From NCBI RefSeq assembly GCF_017643585.1, contig NZ_JAEPND010000001.1: a stretch of DNA of 64,000 nucleotides, one strand, 5' to 3'. The translations under genes and the position numbers were made by a program. The notes beneath the pieces were generated by a model, which saw nothing but the letters and a program-made list of their open reading frames with translations, was not told the origin of the DNA and did no database searches. Shown in pieces: positions 59,107-64,000 of this stretch (its first letter is position 1; the number at the start of each line of letters is the position of its first letter). Source of the DNA: Maricaulis sp. Lineage in GTDB: Bacteria; Pseudomonadota; Alphaproteobacteria; Caulobacterales; Maricaulaceae.

Positions 59107-59652
59107 ATGACGCTCGAGATTGCATCTTCACGCCTGCGACTGATCGCACTCGACGCCGAGCTGGCACGCTTGCAGCTCGAAGATCGCCTGGCCTTTTTCA
59201 AGGCCCTGGGCGTCGAGATTGAGCCGAGCTGGCCGCCGGAACTTATGGACAAGAATGCACTGCACTGGGCAGCAGACCGCCTCGCGGCAGAACCGGACAA
59301 GCTGGGCTGGCATGCGTGGGTCTACGTTTCACCGGTGCTCAACCGACTGGTTGGCTGTGGGGGCTATAAGGGACCGCCGGACGCTGAGGGTCGCGTTGAG
59401 ATTGGCTACTCAATGCTCCAATCCTATCGCGAACAAGGCTTGGCGACCGAGGGCGTACTGGCGCTATTGGAATGGGCCTACGGCCATGATGCGGTGAAAT
59501 CTGTTTCTGCCGTGACGCGCGCTGACCGTGACGCCTCGCACCGCGTGCTGGAAAAGGCCGGCTTCCAGTTTTTGCGCTCACGTTTTGACGCGGCTGAAGA
59601 TTGCGATGTCGTCGAGTGGGAACACCACCCCGCCAAGGAAGCAGCTGCCTGA
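59107..59652 (+). CDS. GNAT-family N-acetyltransferase
   Basis: SRLRLIALD N-terminus, YREQGLATEGVLALLEWAY acetyl-CoA region and VLEKAGFQF. Confidence 0.75.
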   Translation: MTLEIASSRLRLIALDAELARLQLEDRLAFFKALGVEIEPSWPPELMDKNALHWAADRLAAEPDKLGWHAWVYVSPVLNRLVGCGGYKGPPDAEGRVEIGYSMLQSYREQGLATEGVLALLEWAYGHDAVKSVSAVTRADRDASHRVLEKAGFQFLRSRFDAAEDCDVVEWEHHPAKEAAA

Positions 59653-59653
59653 T

Positions 59654-59953
59654 CTACTCGCCCAGCAGGGTCCGGATGTGGTCGAGATAGGCCTGCCAGG
59701 CCTTGCGCCCGGCTGGAGTCAAAGAGGCGCGGGTATGGGGCTTGCGATCCACGAATTGCTTTTCGATCCCGACATAGCCCGCATCCTCCAGCTTCCTCAG
59801 ATGGACTGACAGATTGCCGTCGCTTGCGCCGGTCTTGTCCTTCAGCTCGTTGAAACTGGCGCTCTCCACAGAGGAGAGGTAGGCCATCAGGCCCAGTCTC
59901 AATTTGCCGTGGATGACATCATCCAGGCCGGACGCGTCGAACTTGTCTGCCAT
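59654..59953 (-). CDS. winged-helix transcriptional regulator (small ArsR/MarR-like)
   Basis: 99 aa: HGKLRLGLMAYL...FNELKDKTGASDGNLSVHLRKLEDAGYV...LTPAGRKA. Confidence 0.75.
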   Translation of the reverse strand: MADKFDASGLDDVIHGKLRLGLMAYLSSVESASFNELKDKTGASDGNLSVHLRKLEDAGYVGIEKQFVDRKPHTRASLTPAGRKAWQAYLDHIRTLLGE

Positions 59954-59955
59954 TC

Positions 59956-60567
59956 TCAGCTCTCTGCTGCGGGTTCAGCGCGCAACAAAAGCACACCCGG
60001 CACGACCGCGACCAGCAGAACACTCACCACACAGAACAGGTATAATTCTGCCGTTCCGATGAAGCTGGTTCCAATCGCGCACAAGATCCAGCTCACCCAG
60101 GCCATCACACGCATCCAGCGCGGCCCGCCAAGTGCGGCGACTGTGGTGAAGGCCACGCCATAGGATGCCAGCGAGAAGAGCGGGATCGTATCGAACAGCG
60201 TCTGCTCGATGCGCCCCAGCGAGAGGGCGGCGACCAGACCCAGCGTATAGGCGACAATCGAGATGAACATCGCGTGCCAGACGGCTCGGTCGCCGCGATT
60301 GGCTGCCGAGCCCGCACCGGGCTTCACCTTCATGCCCTTGCGCAACACACCCGATCCGATGGTTCCAACAACCCCGAAAGCCAGCCAGACAAGGCCGACC
60401 TGTTCAATGGGCATGCCCGCACGCCCGGTCAGGATGAACCAGTGTCCCAGCAAAGCCAGCGAGGCGAGGCTTCCCCACCAGACAAAGAAGCGCCCGGACA
60501 AGATCGGCGCCCGCTCTCCCGCTTCTGCCATCTCACGCAAATAGGACAGGTCGGCATCACTGCTCAT
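59956..60567 (-). CDS. hypothetical membrane protein co-transcribed with the wHTH regulator
   Basis: 203 aa, 5-6 TM helices. Its stop lies 2 nt upstream of the regulator start. Confidence 0.5.
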   Translation of the reverse strand: MSSDADLSYLREMAEAGERAPILSGRFFVWWGSLASLALLGHWFILTGRAGMPIEQVGLVWLAFGVVGTIGSGVLRKGMKVKPGAGSAANRGDRAVWHAMFISIVAYTLGLVAALSLGRIEQTLFDTIPLFSLASYGVAFTTVAALGGPRWMRVMAWVSWILCAIGTSFIGTAELYLFCVVSVLLVAVVPGVLLLRAEPAAES

Positions 60568-60656
60568 AGCATCACTCCAAGTACTTTATTATTTAAAGTA
60601 CCAAGCCGCAGAGAGACTGTCAAACATGAAATCACCGACCATGCGCAGATCCGGGT

Positions 60657-61589
60657 TCAGCCCTGACCGCGTGGATGGGCCTTGTCGTAGAGCTTGAGCA
60701 GGTTGTCGGTATCGACCTCGGCATAGACTTGTGTCGTGGACAGGCTGGCATGGCCCAGCAACTCCTGGATCGCGCGCAGGTCGCCACCATGCGCAAGGAG
60801 GTGCGTGGCAAAAGCGTGGCGTAGCGCGTGCGGTGTCGCGCTCGGTGCGAGACCCAGTGCAAGGCGCATCTCCTCGACCAGTTTCTGGACCGGTCGCGGC
60901 CCCAGCGCGCCACCGCGAACACCTCGAAACAACGCAGCTTCGGGCGCGAGGTCGAAGGGGGCGAGCGCGACGTATTTCTCCACGGCTGCGGCGACATTGG
61001 GCAGCACGGGTACCAGCCGGATCTTTCCCCCCTTGCCCGTGACCCGCAATGCGTCGCCCAATACCCGGTCTCGACCGGTCAGAGACAACGCTTCAGAGAT
61101 CCGCAGCCCGCACCCGTAAAGCAGCAGCAACACCGCCACATCCCGCGCCGCGACCCAGTCGGGCACATCACGCTCACCGACCTGTTCCATCAAGTCGCGC
61201 GCGGCGGCCTCGCTGACAGGCTTGGGTTTGGAGCGCGGAACCTTGGGCAGTTCGACAAGCAGAAGCGCAGAATTCGAGACACCCCAGCGACGTTCCAGAT
61301 AGGTGTAGAAGGATCGCAGGGCGGACATTTCCCGGGCCAGCGACCGGGCAGCCAGGCCCGTCTTGCGCCGAGCCGCCATGAAAGCGCGGAAATCACGCGC
61401 ACCGACCTCGCCCAGCGTCCGCACGGATACCGCCTCACCGAGATGCCCGGCGAGGAAGCCCAGAAAGCCGGAAATATCGCGTTGATAGGCGTCCACCGTC
61501 TTCAGGCTCAGCCGACGCTCGCCCGTGAGATGCTGAAGAAAGGTCTGCAGCGCGTCGCCCGCGCTCGTTTTCAGCGCTGATGCATCCAT
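60657..61589 (-). CDS. xerC: site-specific tyrosine recombinase XerC
   Basis: Catalytic set R...HALRHAFATHLL...GHASLSTTQVY. Located directly downstream of a DUF484 gene (the yigA-xerC arrangement). Confidence 0.8.
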   Translation of the reverse strand: MDASALKTSAGDALQTFLQHLTGERRLSLKTVDAYQRDISGFLGFLAGHLGEAVSVRTLGEVGARDFRAFMAARRKTGLAARSLAREMSALRSFYTYLERRWGVSNSALLLVELPKVPRSKPKPVSEAAARDLMEQVGERDVPDWVAARDVAVLLLLYGCGLRISEALSLTGRDRVLGDALRVTGKGGKIRLVPVLPNVAAAVEKYVALAPFDLAPEAALFRGVRGGALGPRPVQKLVEEMRLALGLAPSATPHALRHAFATHLLAHGGDLRAIQELLGHASLSTTQVYAEVDTDNLLKLYDKAHPRGQG

Positions 61590-62257
61590 TGCACGATCAG
61601 TCGCTCGGTTACGCGGGCGAGGAAGTTGAGCAGCTCCGTCCCCTGCCCGAACTGGAACAGGTGCGGATCCCGCGCCGCCAGTGCGAACAGGCCGTCATGA
61701 CCATGAAAGTCCAGGCGGACGATAGCCTGTGACCGCATGCGCGCACCTTGCTGACCGTAGATTTCATGCGCCCGCTCGGCATCTACCGGCCCGAGCAATT
61801 CCACCCGTTCGCCCATGACACTCGACACCATGCCCTCGGACGCGCCCAGAATGGACTCCGCCGACTTGAGCGGCGCATGCCCCTCGATCAGCACGCGGCA
61901 GACATCCACCCCCAGCGCGCCTGTCAGGCGGCTGGAGATTTTCCGATCCAGCCCTGCAAGACTATCGACTTCAAGCAGGCCCAGCACAGCCGCATGGATC
62001 TGCGACTGGATTGCCAGATTGGCGCGGGCCGTCTCGACGATGCCCTCGTTCAGCGCCTTGTACTGACGGAGCTCACCGACCAGCTTTTCGCGCGCGGCAT
62101 TGCCGATATCGATCACACCCTCGGTCGACGGGCTCTCGGTGACACGGGCAAAGAGCTCGGCGTCCTCGCGGACGAAATCCGGATTGCGCATCAGGAACTC
62201 CCGGATCGTCTCGATATCGAGCTGGCCGGACCGGGTTTCGTCAGTGGTCGTGGACAT
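61571..62257 (-). CDS. DUF484 (YigA-like, GAF-type) protein
   Basis: IREFLMRNPDFV N-terminus. Overlaps the xerC start by 19 nt. ATG 62257. Confidence 0.7.
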   Translation of the reverse strand: MSTTTDETRSGQLDIETIREFLMRNPDFVREDAELFARVTESPSTEGVIDIGNAAREKLVGELRQYKALNEGIVETARANLAIQSQIHAAVLGLLEVDSLAGLDRKISSRLTGALGVDVCRVLIEGHAPLKSAESILGASEGMVSSVMGERVELLGPVDAERAHEIYGQQGARMRSQAIVRLDFHGHDGLFALAARDPHLFQFGQGTELLNFLARVTERLIVQWMHQR

Positions 62258-62332
62258 AGGCTTTGCCTCTTCTGGCGCTGACGGGCAATTTGAGGGCCCG
62301 TACAAACCGAATCATTTCTGACATTCTGCCCT

Positions 62333-64000
62333 GTGACCGAGCCGAAAGTGAAATCGCAAAGCCGAGCCGCGGTACTTTTTCCGATGCCGCTGCCGGAGGC
62401 GTTTGACTATTGGGTGCCCGATGGACTGGAGCTCCACCCGGGTGATCATGTGATTGCCCCGCTCGGTCAGCGCCGCGCCCACGGCGTGGTCTGGGCCATC
62501 AAGGACGGCCCCGGCGAACGGGAATTGAAGAGCGTAGAAAGCCGCATGGATGGCGCACCCATCCCCGAAGGCACACGCAATCTCGTCGACTGGGCCGCAA
62601 AATACCTGGTCCAGCCACCCGGAATCCTCCTGCGTTCGGTCCTGCGCAGCCAGGACGCCCTGAAACCCTCGCCGACCGAGACACTCTATGTCCGCGGCGA
62701 TGCGGAGCCTCCGCGCATGACCGCTGCGCGCGAAAAAGTGCTCGATGCCGTAGACAGTCTGACAGAGGCCAGCGCCGCCGATATCGCCCGCGAAGCCGGG
62801 GTGAGCTCTGGTGTTGTAAAGGGCCTGGCCGAGACCGGGGCCCTGCACTCGATCACCAAGCTGGTGGACCCACCCTTCGACAAGCCGGATCCGGAGCTGG
62901 AGGGCCTGCCGCTGACACAGCTCCAGGCCGAAGCGGCGGGTGTGCTCCGACGCCTGGTCAAGACAGGCGGTTTCCAGTCTGCCCTGCTGGACGGTGTCAC
63001 CGGTTCGGGCAAGACGGAAGTCTATTTCGAGGCCATCGCCGAGATCCTGCGCCAGGACGAGCGGGCCCAGATCCTGATCATGCTGCCGGAGATCGCGCTG
63101 ACCGAGGCCGTGCTCAGCCGGTTCGAGAAACGCTTCGGCGCGCAGCCGGCCCTCTGGCATTCCGGTGCCGGGCCGAAGAACCGCCGCCGCGCCTGGCGCG
63201 AAATCGCGGAAGGTCGCGCCCGTATCGTTGTCGGCGCGCGATCCGCGCTGTTCCTGCCCTTCCCCAATCTCAAGATGATCATCGTCGATGAGGAGCATGA
63301 CCCCACCTACAAACAGGGAGAGGGGCTGCATTACCAGGCGCGTGATCTGGCCGTGGTCCGGGCCAAGCTGGAAGGTGCCAATGTCATCCTGGCTTCGGCG
63401 ACGCCGTCGCTGGAGAGCCTGACCAATGCCCAGGCCGGGCGATATGTGCATGTGCGCCTGCCGGCCCGTCCGGGAGCAGCCATTCTGCCGGCGGTCGATA
63501 CGATCGATCTTCGCGAGACCCCGGCCGAGGACGGTCGCTGGCTCTCCCCGCCGCTGATCGAGGCCATGCGCGATACGCTGGAGCGCGGTGAACAGAGCCT
63601 GCTCTATCTCAACCGCCGCGGTTACGCGCCGCTGGTTCTGTGCCGCAAGTGCGGGCACCGCATGGTCTCGCCGGACACCCAGTCCTATCTGGTCGAGCAC
63701 CGCTATACCGGCCGCCTGGTCTGTCACGTCACCGGCTTTTCCATGCCCAAACCCAAGCTGTGCCCGAACTGCAAGGCCGAGGACAGCCTGACCTCTGTAG
63801 GGCCCGGCGTGGAACGGGTCGCCGAGGAAGCGCGCCATCTCTTCCCCGAAGCCCGGGTCGAGATCTATTCCTCCGACAGCTCTTCCGGTGCCGACATCGT
63901 CGAGCGTATGGAAAACAGCGAGATCGATATCCTGGTCGGCACCCAGATTGCCGCCAAGGGCCATAACTTCCCCAACCTGACCCTGGTCGGCGTGATCGAC
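62333..64000 (+). CDS. priA: primosomal replication protein N' (PriA helicase), 3' end outside window
   Basis: Not in the ORF track because there is no stop in the window. The frame from GTG 62333 reads AAVLFPMPLPEAFDYWVP..., Walker A GVTGSGKTEVY, Walker B IIVDEEHD, and a Cys cluster CRKCGH...CH...CPNC. Start codon uncertain. Confidence 0.9.
   Translation, partial: MTEPKVKSQSRAAVLFPMPLPEAFDYWVPDGLELHPGDHVIAPLGQRRAHGVVWAIKDGPGERELKSVESRMDGAPIPEGTRNLVDWAAKYLVQPPGILLRSVLRSQDALKPSPTETLYVRGDAEPPRMTAAREKVLDAVDSLTEASAADIAREAGVSSGVVKGLAETGALHSITKLVDPPFDKPDPELEGLPLTQLQAEAAGVLRRLVKTGGFQSALLDGVTGSGKTEVYFEAIAEILRQDERAQILIMLPEIALTEAVLSRFEKRFGAQPALWHSGAGPKNRRRAWREIAEGRARIVVGARSALFLPFPNLKMIIVDEEHDPTYKQGEGLHYQARDLAVVRAKLEGANVILASATPSLESLTNAQAGRYVHVRLPARPGAAILPAVDTIDLRETPAEDGRWLSPPLIEAMRDTLERGEQSLLYLNRRGYAPLVLCRKCGHRMVSPDTQSYLVEHRYTGRLVCHVTGFSMPKPKLCPNCKAEDSLTSVGPGVERVAEEARHLFPEARVEIYSSDSSSGADIVERMENSEIDILVGTQIAAKGHNFPNLTLVGVID

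Noticed and set aside
60657-61589. Tyrosine recombinase as a marker of an integrated mobile element
   Set aside because: It sits directly downstream of, and overlaps, a DUF484 gene, which is the conserved housekeeping yigA-xerC arrangement. There is no adjacent tRNA, excisionase, phage gene or direct repeat.
62312-63964. 550-aa ORF on the minus strand
   Set aside because: It is antisense to priA. The plus frame carries the GSGKTEVY and DEEH helicase motifs and the Cys cluster. priA is missing from the ORF track only because it has no stop codon inside the window.

Overview
High-GC (about 60-65% by eye) chromosomal segment with alphaproteobacterial gene order. The conserved backbone is mtaB-ftsY, sdhCDAB, zapE ... 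mdh ... sucCD-sucAB-lpdA, DUF484-xerC and priA (3' end outside the window). Accessory genes are interleaved: a TonB-dependent receptor, secreted peptidases, tandem SDRs, an arsR-arsC-aqpS arsenic module, a large autotransporter with a trypsin-like passenger, mmsA/Fe-ADH/thioesterase, and several regulators. I saw no rRNA, tRNA, CRISPR array, transposase or phage integrase. The most interesting locus is a compact five-gene operon at 44762-47772. It encodes a 95-aa signal-peptide-bearing 4-Cys DUF2282 peptide, a DUF692/MNIO oxidase, a DUF2063 partner and two DoxX-type membrane proteins. This is the bufferin-type RiPP (copper-binding peptide) architecture, which routine annotation would label as hypothetical or DUF genes. 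It sits inside a 14.5-kb accessory block that separates mdh from sucC. Other items worth a second look: two genes interrupted by in-frame TAG codons (one also frameshifted), a LytTR / DUF2141 / Tat-exported carotenoid-oxygenase / DUF2306 module, a SucB with two lipoyl domains, and a degenerate GGDEF/EAL-like protein. All calls come from reading the translated ORFs and the DNA by eye. No database search was run, so family names are recognition-based and start codons are best guesses from ATG plus Shine-Dalgarno context. The ORF track also counts GTG and TTG as starts.
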